From Chrysomallon squamiferum (lineage: Eukaryota; Animalia; Mollusca), in NCBI GenBank assembly GCA_012295275.1, contig CM022666.1, positions 2,914,001 through 2,978,000 on the forward strand: a stretch of DNA of 64,000 nt. Direction: 5' to 3'. The notes beneath the pieces were generated by a model. The model was not told where the DNA came from. It saw nothing but the letters and a program-made list of their open reading frames with translations, and did not search any database. Positions within the stretch are counted from its first letter, which is position 1. Every line of letters starts with the position of its first letter. Below, in pieces: positions 25,279 through 38,515 of this stretch. The position numbers and the translations under genes are program-made.

Positions 25279-26372
25279 TAGAGAGAGAGAGAGAGATTCT
25301 TTCAGAAAAAGAACAGAATGATAATGAGAAACAAAGAAACAAAGTTACCCTGTGGAGAATAGATCCTGTGATGCTGCTCATCCCAGGAAAGTACTATAAC
25401 AAACAAATTACAGCCACACATACATCATCTGAAGAGACAGCTGCAGTGTAAACTATTGTTATCATTTTGTGTTAAATATATACAGACAGAACATTCAGCT
25501 GTCTGCTGAAACAAAAAATTAGTTTGTTTTAACAGATTTTCACGAAACATGATACAGTACAATCTGCTTAAAATTAAGATATGAAGGAAAAGGAAAAAAG
25601 CAAACAACAGTTTTTTTTTAAACATTAGCTTTTGTTGGTGCAGAATAAACCAAATTATGAGGGTTATTATAAATTTTATTTATTTTTAAATAAACATTAT
25701 TTACAATGTTAAACCAATCACATTCTCTCTTTCTCTTTCTCCTTCTCTCACTCTCTGTCTCTGGCTCTTTGTTTCATTCCCTCTCTCTTTCTTTTTCTCT
25801 AGAGCACACAACACTTCTCTAAAAAGACACAAACATATCAGTTTATTTACAATTGGCAATGATTGAATATGCAGTAAATGGTTAACATTCAGGATCTCTA
25901 TGCTTTTCATCTCTAATTTTCCTTTACCTCTCAAATCTTTTTTCTATGTTCTCTGATTCTTGTCCATCCATCCATACACCAAACATTAACAAAAACAAAA
26001 ACAAAAAAATCTGGGTAAAGTAGAAAACTCATTAACTTGGTTCATTCTATACACATCTTTCTCATCTTTTTTTTTAATTTTATTTTAATTTTTTTTTTTT
26101 TTTTTTAAATTTTTTAAAAATATTTTGGCTAGTTAGAGGAACAAAGAGTGTCTGCACATCCATGCAAGAAGCTACATAGCCTAAAGGTAAGATATTTACA
26201 CTGAAATGGATACACAATGACAACAACAAAAAACCAGCAGAAACTTGGGACTTCTGATAACTCTAGAAAGACGTTTCTTTACTGTAGAGACATGCTGAGA
26301 GAATGGGAAACATGTTTCTGAAGAACAACTTTGCCTGTCTGCTAATTAAAGAGCCAGAAAAAGAAGACAAAG

Positions 26373-26460
<88 letters not shown>

Positions 26461-27465
26461 GAGAGAAAAAGAGATAAGACAAAAACTTGAAAAAAAAACC
26501 GCATTGAAAGAGAAAAATAATGAGATGTTAGAAGCAGATAAATAAAAATATGTGTGTGTGTATAAGAAAAAGATGAAGAAAAACAGAAAGACATTCAGAA
26601 AGGACAGACAGAAAAACCCCCAGAACCTATGAAAAAAAACAGAGAACAGAAAAGAGAGAGAGAGAGAGAGAAAGAAAACTTCAAAAAGGAATCGCGTAAG
26701 GAAAATTGAAAAGAAAAAAGAAAAGAACGTAGGGGAAGAAACAAAATATATTGGAAACAGCGAGAAGATAAATAAAGAGAAAGTGATACTGAAAACGAGA
26801 GAAAGAGAAGATAACGCAGAAGAAGAGATAGAGAAGGTATTTACTGCTTTTCTTGTTAACATTCTGCGCTTTGACAAGTGAACAGAAATTCAAAACTGCC
26901 TGTCTTCTTCAACATGCTGCATGCTTTTGTTTTTGTTTGTTTGTTTGTTTGTTTGTTTGTTGTTTTTAAAGATAAGGAACTAAAGAAAAAAATTTGGAAA
27001 ATAGAATAGAAAAAAAACATTAAAGGAAAAGAAAAGAAAGATTTAAAACACAACCAATCACAAGAAAACTATAATAATATTAATAATAATAATACTGATA
27101 ATAATGATGATGATGATGATGGTGATAATAATAAACAATAATGATAATAATAATAAGAAGAAAAAGAAGAATAAGAATTAACAATAATAAAAGATTACTA
27201 TTGATATTTTGGTTCTGTGTCTAGAATATTAAAACAAATAATTAAAGAAGTTTAATATAACACTATTTTTTTACAGTATAATATATCATCATTTTACACA
27301 TTACAGATTTTTCATTGAGAATATAAAATTTTAATGATTTACATTAATAGAACTAATAAGTAATCAATACAAGGCATATTATGCTGAGATTTTACTAATG
27401 GTGTGAAACATTTATAAAGATATATATAAAAAAATACATTATAAAAATATCATTTCTTTTCCTTT

Positions 27466-27503
<38 letters not shown>

Positions 27504-28127
27504 TTGCATCATATATCTTATTTACTTAACTAAAGAATTTTAATGTATGTACATATAATAAAAAATAAAAACGTCAGTTTGTCTTAAAACCAAATTTTAA
27601 TATTTATATTTGGAACAATAAATTTATATTTTTTTTGTATTTTTCAACAAAACACACACAAACATACCTGTTAAATGTTAGCCATAAATAAATAAATAAA
27701 TAAAAAAACACAAAACAGCTAAAAAAATAAAAAATAAAAAATAAAAAATAAAAAAATTGAGAGAGACAGAGAAAATCTTAATGTTCACCATTAATTTGAG
27801 CAACAAAAGAAAAACCATATTAATTTTATATTATTAATCAACATTATCAATAATATTTCACAGATAAATATTAAAACAGAGAGTGAGATTATTTTATTAT
27901 TTTATTATTTATTATGATTTTTATTTTAACTCACACTAATTTTCAGCAAGAGCCATTTTAATGGATTACGTCAAACATAAAATAAGAATAAGAATAAGAA
28001 GAAGAAAGGAATACTGTAATGCATTCTCCCTCAAGCAAACATTTTACCTTCAAGGTAAATCTCACATGATGGTAAATACTGACAAGAGGATTCAGGTAAA
28101 TACTTAAGACAGTTATTATACAGGTAG

Positions 28128-28420
28128 AAAAGATTTATTTAACAATGCACTCAACACTTTTTTGAAAACTGGATATCGAATGAAAAAGCCTAAGAACCAA
28201 ACAGAAAATGAAAGATAAAAACTGGTGCAACTGTAAAATGCACTTTTTAAAATTATATTTAGCAGCAAGTAATTTTTCTCTCAAGTAATTTTCTCTCTCT
28301 CTCTCTCTCTTTCTATTTATCTACACAAACACACAAACACATGAGAAACTATTGCATAGTATACATGATGGCTTTTGTCAATTTAATTGTGAAAAACTGG
28401 TTTAAACAAAAAATAACCTC
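28128..28420 (-). mobile_element. Decayed SINE (tail plus core), interrupted by (CT)n/(CA)n at about 28275-28345
   Basis: tttatttaacaatgcactcaacac (tail), tttagcagcaag (reverse complement cttgctgctaaa), then atagtatacatgatggcttttg...ttgtgaaaaactggtttaaac. Confidence 0.6.
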
Positions 28421-28618
28421 TTAATGTAATCAATAGAATCAAATATTTGTATCATCATACTGTACACCTTGAATGTTATAAATTGTACTGCAGACATAAA
28501 TGTTACATATTATTGTGTGTGTGTGTATATATATATATAAATGTTATACATTATACTGTATACATAAACGTTATGGATTATGTACATTTTTAAATCTGTA
28601 TACTGGATTCTAGAGTAT

Positions 28619-28698
<80 letters not shown>

Positions 28699-30109
28699 AA
28701 TAGAAAGAAAAAATAGTTTTAGTCAGCGACAGATAAAGAGCAGTTTTATAATGAAATCAGATAAAACATTATTACTCCTGTAGTTAGCTGACGTCTTTCT
28801 CTGTGTTAAACACATTATACACATTAGCATGTTATCACTGATGCAATCACTGTACAGTGGTAGATATGAAGGAACAGATTGTTAAAAGTTACTGCAGCAT
28901 TCATGATCAATTTAACATGATAAAAGTCACCGGTAAGAATGTTTTTATTCTTAAATGCAGATGGGTACATCATAAATTTTTATAACATACTCTTATCAGG
29001 TGTAAGATCTGTGTATTTATCTATGCATGTGTGCTGTGTATGAATGTCTATAATTACAAGCATGCTGGTATATGAATTAATGGATGTATATAATGTATAA
29101 AAGTCTGTGTGTGTGTATATAGGAATATATGTGCATGTATATGTTTATGTATATGTATGTATGTATGTATTTGTGTGTGTGTGTGTGTGAATATGAATGT
29201 TTATTTGAATGTATTTTTGCATATATATGTGTATATGTATGTGTGTCTATGCAAACACGTCTATGATTCTGTATGGGTGATATGAGTCTCTTTGCATATG
29301 CATGTTTGAGTGTATGTACATGTGTCTTTATAAAAAAAGGGTATTTTCATCTTTCTACAACATGAAACCATTCCATTACCAATATTGCACAAGGATCTGT
29401 TCTCAATATCTTTCAGTGACTCATTACAACAAGAGACTTTTTGGGCTTTCCTAGGAACACAACACCATTCCAAAACTACCAGTCATTTAAATTATTATGG
29501 CAACAAAACCGTACGAAAAAGAGAAACTTTCTTGACAGTATCTTCGTAAACCAAACTTTATTGTTACTGAAAACATTTCGATTTACTCGTCATTTCATCT
29601 GACAGGTAATGTTTTAACAGCAGCCTCCAGAAAGGTGTTGTGGGTGCTAAAAGAAGACAATCTCACATAGTAAATCTTTTAATAACATTAGTAACTAACA
29701 TGCTGGTCTCTATGGAAATGTTAAAATAACTGATAAAATCGCATGGCTGGCAGCCATGAAATATTAGACTTAGTACACTGGTGAGTGTAAAATATTTTTT
29801 TTTTTTTTTTTTTAATTATAAAAGGACATACAAACACACCTACATCCACAAACAAAATATTTTAAAAAAAAATAATAATAATAAAAAATAAAAATTATTG
29901 TTATTTAGGAACTATTTTGTTTTGATGTATAGTTTTTGTTGGCGACAATGAAATCAGTATGAATGGAGTACTGTACTAATCTCAAAAATGATGAGTTAAG
30001 AAATAAAACAGTTAATTTTATTTTGTTTCTGTATTATTAAGGATCACAGAATAAAAGAAATAAATGGTAATGTGTTAAGATATCAGCTTTATCTTAAGGC
30101 AGTAAGCAA

Positions 30110-30197
<88 letters not shown>

Positions 30198-30991
30198 GCA
30201 TGTACAGATACACACCAATAAAAACATGCTATACCAACATATATATATATATATATATATATTATTTTATAAAGATTTTTAAAAATCAATTTCTGCATTC
30301 TCATGTTTCAAAAATCGAGAAAAAAAAAAACATAATTTATTGACATATTTCTACAGATATTTTAAGTTATTTAAAACCACATTTGGTATACATTTTTCAT
30401 ATAAAAGAATAACAACCAAATAATGACTTTTGTTTTTAAAATCCATAACAGACATTTATTTTCAAGATCTAGAAATTCTGTACAAGTATATCTATTTCAG
30501 AAACAATAAAAAGAAATAAAAAAAGAAATGAAAGAAAGAAAGAAAATGAAAGAAGAAGAAGAAGAAGAAGAGGAATAAGTACAGCCATATAATTAAATAT
30601 TAAAGACAAATTTTATTCCTTTATGATTGTGTCTGTCTCTGTGTGTGTCTGTATGTGTGTCTTTCTTTATGTATGTTTGTAATTGCATATTTTACATACT
30701 GGTTTATCACTTCTTATAGCATCTATCTGACTGCAAATATATTTATGGTACACATTGATATAGATATATATGTGCACACAATCAAACATAGACAAAGACA
30801 AACATTCACACACCCATGCATACATATAGGCATACATATACACACACTGATGCTATTGATAGTTATGAATATTCACAAGACTGTGACAAACAATTATTTT
30901 CATTCTGCCAGTGTTGTCTGTTGTGATTGCTACTGTCAGAACTGGTTAAAGAAATAACTGTTTTTCTTTAGTTCTTTTTGTAACGCATCTG

Positions 30992-31045
30992 TCTTTTAGC
31001 AGCAATATGTCTTTAATATACACCATCCCATAGACATGAATAACT
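30992..31045 (-). mobile_element. SINE core fragment
   Basis: The reverse complement reads tgtctatgggatggtgtatattaaagacatattgctgctaa, an uninterrupted version of the core that is split in the 5365 copy. Confidence 0.6.
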
Positions 31046-31882
31046 ACAATAAAGAATTACGTGGAAAAAATATATTATTAATTACTACTCCTTTTATTGT
31101 TAGTTATTATTACTATTATTATCATTGTAGATGGTTTGATTATTATCATTATTATTATTATTACTATTATTATTTATTATCATCGTAATCATCATCATTA
31201 TGTCTACTACTACTACTACTACTGCTGCTGCTACTACAACTACTACTAGTTATTCTTTCTAATTATTTCTAATAAGCAGGCAACTTCATCAATCAAAAAC
31301 AATTAAAAAAAACTAAATTATTTCTGTCCAGATATCTCTAACAGTGTCCACTAATACGAAGGTCGTATCAATGTCAAGGAATAAAATGAATTTGTAATTA
31401 TCCACAGCTCTGGGCACATCTTCCACCCTGCCCTCACATGCCCTCACATGCTCCCCCCCCCCCCGTGAAGCAGTTCGAGTCAAGATGCCATTGTGCCATC
31501 AATCAAGAAAAAAAAATTAGATTTCTTGACAAATATTGTTTTTCGAATAAGAAACAGACCCTCGTCTAGACAGGTCCCAGATCTATATCGGTTCATATAC
31601 ATTTTTATTGGATTCCAGTCAGACTGAGACATCTTTTTAATACAGTCTTTAATAACTGAATAATTGCAAAGAAATGTCCTGAGATACGAATTAAAAGTAT
31701 AAAAGAAAGAAACAAAAGGATGGAAAAATGTGAAGAAAGCGAGTTTGGAAACGAAGTGATTATGATATGGAAATGAATAGATGTTTTTTTTCCAAAGATT
31801 GGACTGGTAGTTTTTTTTTGAAATTTTCTAACTATAATAAATTTGGCTAGCACATACACACTTAAAGACAGACAGACAGACA

Positions 31883-31950
<68 letters not shown>

Positions 31951-32044
31951 ATTCAAAGAAAAAACATAAACATGTATACATAAATGCATAAATATGTACA
32001 TACAAATATATATATATATATATATTATATATTTTATTTCTTGT

Positions 32045-32210
32045 AATGATATCTGCATCTTTACCTAGAATACAACTCACATCATGTTATCATAGCCTAC
32101 TATTTATGAGCTGGGGTTGGAATGAGCAAACAGCTTAATGAATACTGAACAGAATTTGACATCTTGCAATCCATTACACCTTGGGCAAGCACTCCACCAT
32201 TTAAATACAC
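32045..32210 (-). mobile_element. Decayed SINE 5' half
   Basis: ggttggaatgagcaaacagcttaatg...caatccattacaccttgggcaagcactccacca; ggttggaatga is the reverse complement of tcattccaacc near 5445. Confidence 0.5.
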
Positions 32211-32689
32211 ACAACAAACAGACTCTGAGCAGAATTGACCTTGGAAAAAATTTCTTTTAATATTTCATAACAAAAAGAAGGAACAGATCCTCTAAACTTC
32301 TGCATTAAAAAAAAATGTCTGTTATTTCTGAATATTTATTATTAAGGCTTTATACTTAATTAAACAAAAATTGTTGTTCTTAATATTTGTGAATAGTGAG
32401 TTCTTAGTTATAAGTATACTCAATCATGATGGGTTAGTTACTTGAGGACAACTGGCTTAAAAATCTTATACAAAACTTTTGGCTGCATAATCATGACATT
32501 CAGCTGAACAGACTTTTCATTTCTATGGAAATTTCACCATTGTGAGAGCAGAAGTCAAGTTACAAAAAAAAAAAAAAAAAATAAAATTAAAAATGGTAAA
32601 ATTTTTCTAAGTTTACAGACTTCTGGTTTGTCACAATTGATTAATGAAAACAAACTATTTAACAAACAATAATTTTCACAAATACATTA

Positions 32690-33860
32690 TATAACAGATG
32701 TAGCTGTTTATTTTATTACAATGAACTGTAAGAAAAATTAATCTGCAACAGATGTTCATCTGTGCAGAGTCAGATTGGGAAAAACCAGAGCTGAACAATT
32801 AAAAAAAAAAAAGACAGATTTAGTCTCTACAGCTAATATGAAGCAAAAGTTGGTTTGGGAACAAATAAAGAATAATTATTATTAAAAAAATAAATATTTT
32901 GAACAATAAATGTGTAATATTCTTTATTCTAGTATGCAAGGTTGGATTGGAAAAAAAAAAAAGAATTAAAAATAAAAAAAAAGATTTATTTTGTACAATT
33001 AATGTACAATGGTATCTGGAATGCAGTCAAACTGGAAAAAAAAATAATAAAAGAAATGTTTGTTGAATAAGAATGTGACAAACACTTCCTAAGGACAAAA
33101 ATAAAATAGAACGTTTTTTACTGACAAAACATTATCCAACCAAAGTCAGAATGGGAAAAAAGGTAGAAATCAAAAAAACGAAAAAGGATCTGTTTCAGAA
33201 AGATTTGTCAGACAAAAATAATCCCTGGATAGTCCAACCAGGAACAAAATAAGACGCAGAACTGAAAGATTTGATTCACAATATGTTACTGGCAGGCTAA
33301 AATTTCAAAAGAAGAAGAAGAAGAAAAAAAGTAAAAAGAAGAAGAAAGAATAAAATTTACAGTTCAGCATAACCTAGTAAATCACATTTAATGATGAAAA
33401 AAAAAAAAATCAACTTTCCTGGAAAGTTAGACTGCGAAAAAAAAAAAAAAAAAAAAAAAATGAAGATGAACCAAAATGACAGAAACAATTTTATCCACAA
33501 AACCTGTGTTACTTTTTTATTAAAAAAAGACAGAAGAGGACAAAAACCCAATAAACAAACAAACAGAAAGAAAGAAAAAGAAAAAAAAAAAAAAAAATAA
33601 AAATTATTCAAAAAATGTCATAGACCAAAATTCATCCTTAGCAAAGTCAGATTTGGGGAAAAAAAAAAAAAAAAAAAAAAAAAATAAAAACCACCCAAAA
33701 AACCAAAAAAAAAAAAATCATCAAGAAACAAATGTGGCAGTAAAAGATACAGAAAGATTTGCTTCCCAGATAATAATAATAAAAAAAAAAAAAAAAAAAA
33801 AAAAACATCAACCATAGCAGAGCAAGACTTCGAATCAGATTGTCGTTCAGAAATAAACTG
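32690..33860 (+). repeat. Old, highly degenerate tandem array of about 80-120 bp units inflated by poly(A) runs
   Basis: Recurring caragt(c/t)(a/g)gattgggaaaa-like anchor (e.g. near 32765, 32845, 32937, 33141, 33642) followed by agattt. Confidence 0.55.
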
Positions 33861-34262
33861 ATTTCTAATTTAAAACCACATTCACACATCTCTTTTCAAA
33901 GCGACAGTTCATTTCCACTCGCATAATTCACAAAAGAGACGGCATCCTCTCTTTTTCGTTCCGTCAGCCTCATCACCAAGGTAAATGCAATTTGTCGCTC
34001 TCAAATGCGCTGGTGCATCAGCAGCCCTTGCTGCCTGAATCTTTAATGAGATCAATGCGTTTGGTCAATGGTTTTCGTGGCCAAAAGTCGCTGCGTTTTT
34101 CGCCGTAACGCGATTAGTCAAATTGTGGCACTCTCCTCTCGCCGAATGTGAATCACGAGAAAATTTCGTTTGCGCTCGCTGCGGCCTAACAAATTGGTTG
34201 CACAATATGAAGACAATGAAGTTATCGTCTGCGTGAGTGGATCAAAACTTCACCAGTGAAGT
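33860..34262. promoter_or_regulatory. CpG-rich island, candidate promoter or enhancer
   Basis: Highest CpG density in the window by eye, repeat-free, with sharp borders to AT-rich flanks. Confidence 0.5.
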
Positions 34263-35975
34263 CTCTTTTTTTTTTTTTTGTGACAATTAATAGTGAAAAA
34301 AAAAAATAATGATAATAATAAAAAAATTAATAATTTTTTTTTTTTTGTAATTGCAAGTAATTTATTGATGTGTATTTAAATGAAATTTGCTTTAAAATTT
34401 GAAATTTAAAAAACAAAAAATAATGTTTTTTTTTTTACATTATCGATACCATTTTAATGATTTATGAAGTCTTCAACATTGGTAACATATTATAACAAAT
34501 TATAAAAATAATGCAATAAATTATTAAGTTAAAAATTAATATCAACAATAAGATTAATTAATTCATTAATTTTTTATAATAATCATATATATGAAAAATA
34601 AGGTTTTAAGAAGAAGTTTTTTCTTAAATTGGAATAAAATATATTAGAACTTTTTTAATAAATACAACTAGTTAAAACAAAGTGATATAAAATTATTTAC
34701 AATAAGAGGGAAAGAAAAGATAAGGACTGAATCAAATTATGTGTGGGCAGAAAAGACATTAAACAAAAGAAAGAAGAAAATAAGAACGAAAGATAAGTTA
34801 TAAAAAAAAAAACATTCCAATAACCAACAATCAAAATCTTTTTATAAATTGAAATTCTTTCTTAAATAACAACACAAAAAAAAATATAAAAAATAGAGAC
34901 CTACCCAATTTCAAAAGCATTATCAAAATAAAAAAGATATAAAAAAAAAAAAAAAAAAAACCCCCAAAAAACCAACCAACAAGCTTACAGTCAGTAATAG
35001 CCAATTATTTTCCAGTGATATAATTTAGCATGCAATAACTGTCATTCCCAGGGAATATTTCCCTCTCACATTTGAGTTTGATGCGAGGGTCAAACAAATT
35101 GTATGTTGTCTGGAACACATCCCTGTACAACAATCACAGGACATCGAGTCTGAGAACTTCCAGTATCATCTGAGTGAATAAATGAATAGTTTTAAAAACG
35201 TATCTAGCTGTTTGCTTATTGGAACGAATGAATAATTCAAAGACCAATTCTGGCAGTCTGCGTTACGTTTATATGTATCACATGTGCGAGAATTTTTTTT
35301 TTCTTATATGTAAATAATATTCATGTTAACATATGTTTATACTTACTTACACATACAAAAAAAAAAGAAAAAGAAAAAAAACGAAAGAAAATTCTATGAA
35401 AACAAACACTGACACCATACACAAAAGTACATACATCATATTTTGTGCATGCACATATATATATATATATACATAATTCACTTGGTATACATTTACACAA
35501 ATACATCTCTCATTAACTATTATTATCTGAAAGCAACACTGAGCAGAATTACTGAGACAAATATCACAGACTAATTTAAACACCCACTCGCGTATATTCT
35601 GATCATCATTACCTGTTCAAATCAATAAAACCTACTTATGAATTTACTGACACATAAAAGCACACAGTTACATACACACACACAACACAAGCACACGGAT
35701 ACACAAACACACATGATCCCAGTCATAAACCAAATCATTAAGACAAATCTCAGCTATGCATTTTCAGATACAAAAGACACACAAAAACGTGTATAAAAAC
35801 CTTGATCTCCATCATGATTTCAGATTATTAACACAAACCCTTTATAATTAAACACACACACACACACACACAGACACACACACACACACTCACACTCACA
35901 CACACAGACACATCCACACAGACACACACACACAGACACACACACACACACACAGACACACACACACACACACCC

Positions 35976-36229
35976 CTGAATATCAAACCATTAAGACAGA
36001 TTTCTTAGGAGTCTACTACACACACACACACACACACAGACACACACACACACACACACACACAACTGAATATCAAACCATTAAGACAGATTTCTTAGGA
36101 GTCTACTACACACACACATGCACACACAGACACACACACACACAGACACACACACACACACACACACACACACCCCTGAATATCAAACCATTAAGACAGA
36201 TTTCTTAGGAGTCTACTACACACACACAT

Positions 36230-36267
<38 letters not shown>

Positions 36268-36308
36268 GAATATCAAACCATTAAGACAGATTTCTTAGGA
36301 GTCTACTA
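35976..36308 (+). repeat. Four identical 43-bp cores separated by variable (CA)n spacers
   Basis: ctgaatatcaaaccattaagacagatttcttaggagtctacta at 35976, 36066, 36176 and 36266 (periods 90, 110, 90). Confidence 0.95.
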
Positions 36309-36769
36309 CACACACACATGCACACACTATCATCTGAGAGAATCGCTGAAACACTTGATATCACTGAGACAAATTTGACGTATGAGTTGAGTTTAAACAG
36401 ACATCATACTTAATTTTCTACTTACTTTGATGCTAAGAGGGAAGAAAAGTGAAAAAGTGCTCTACCTAAACATTTCTGTCGTATTATGTGAAGTGTACAT
36501 TATACCGGTTAAAACAAAAAAAAAAAAAAAAAAAAATAAAAATAAATAAATAAAAATAAATAATCTCACGTGCAACATGTGGAGCAGACAATAATAATAA
36601 TAAACAAATAAAAAAAACCCGTGTAAGAAAAACAAAAAAATAAAATAAAAATAAAATAAAATAGAAATAAAAATCTAACAAGAAAAAACAAACATTTTGA
36701 AATTATAAACAAATACACACAGACACATGCACACAGGATATACTGCTTTGAGTGTTTACTGTGTGTGAG

Positions 36770-36846
<77 letters not shown>

Positions 36847-37434
36847 TTGAGCACAAATGTTCATTTTTACAAAATTAGTATTATTAGTTACAAATTCAAA
36901 ATAAGACAAGCTGAGTAAAAATTATCAAAAAATCGTTTTTAAAATAATTAAATATCTTGTTTTTATTTTGAAATATAATTAAATATCTTGAAATGGGACA
37001 ATAATTAACAACAAAAACATCAACAACAATAAATTAACAACAAAACTACAGTAATAATTAACAACAACATTATCATTACCAGATTTAAAAATAATATAAA
37101 AAAATAAAAAAAAATAAAAAATCAGTCCCTTCCCACAAAAAAAGAAGAAAAAAAAAGAAAAAATCCCTGAACACCCATCTGAAAACTGCAACACTGTCTG
37201 TGATAGATGTAACACTATCTCTGTTATTACTAGCAGTTTCAGTCAGTCATAAATGATTTTCTCTTTGCAGTTGTGACATTTCACATCCAGTGCCCAGGGG
37301 ACGGTATGTACAGATGAAGCCGTATTGCATTTCATTATCTCAGTTTTTTACTAATGCAGTCATTTACTAAGAGAACCGAAATGAAATCTCTTCCACAGTT
37401 TTCATAATCAGAGTGAGATTACTCTATTGATCAG

Positions 37435-37527
<93 letters not shown>

Positions 37528-38397
37528 AACACATACACACACAGACACACACACACTCTCACAAAATCACACACACACCATCATCATACTTATGGATGTA
37601 TAATCATTATATATATATTTGAAACATAAACAAAACAGCAGTTACAAAATAACAAGTATATTTTTAAAAACAGAACGTAAATTAAATTAAAAAAAGAAGG
37701 AAGAAAAATAAAAAAAAGAAAAACGGACAAAATAAAAAGAAAAAGGAGAAGACAAAAAAATCATATTAAGCTATAATCAATCTTCTTAGTAACATCAAGA
37801 TTTTTTTCTTTATCTCCATTCTTTTTTAATTCATTTATTGTCTTTTTTATCTTTTCTTTCATTTTGTCTTTTACATATATCTATAGCTATATCTAAATCT
37901 ATATATCTAGATAGACAGATAGACAGATATAGCTATACATACAGACAGATAGACATTTTTCTTTTCTTCTAATACATTTACGAAAAATCTGCTGTGCTGG
38001 CATCTTTATTTAAAGTGGTAAAGCATCAACACACACATGCGCATTTATAAATGGAGACATTTAACTCAAACATATTCACTATTCAATAATATGTCCCAAG
38101 ACACTAGTAGTTAAATATTTATAGATCTCGCAGACATAAACTCTTCTGAGAAACACTGGCCTGCAACCTTTTCAGTAACTAATGAACGCCATTAATATGC
38201 ATGTCCATATATAGACGTCCTCGCAGATTTCTGAAGGCTTCTCCAGACACCAGACAGGACGACTTGGTTTAGTATCTGCGGAGGTCAACATGGCCCATTG
38301 TTTGATGACGTTGTGGTTGTTGTTAAGTTCAGTCAGGTGATGAGGACAGATCAATATGTTTGTCCAGACGGAACAACAAAAGTGATCTGTCGGAGGC

Positions 38398-38436
38398 TGA
38401 AGATTTAAGTGTGTAAAGTACGGATTTCTTTTGTCT

Positions 38437-38515
<79 letters not shown>

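Noticed and set aside
31425-31465. C-run and tgccctcaca duplication as a minus-strand G-quadruplex
   Set aside because: It is a short homopolymer plus a 10-bp slippage duplication, with nothing to suggest function.
35976-36308. CRISPR array
   Set aside because: The spacers are (CA)n microsatellites rather than unique sequence, the context is eukaryotic, and there are no cas genes.
38370-38392. miR-153 (acaaaagtgatc matches its 3' end)
   Set aside because: The 5' seed region (ttgcatagtc) is absent, so the 12-nt match is probably chance.
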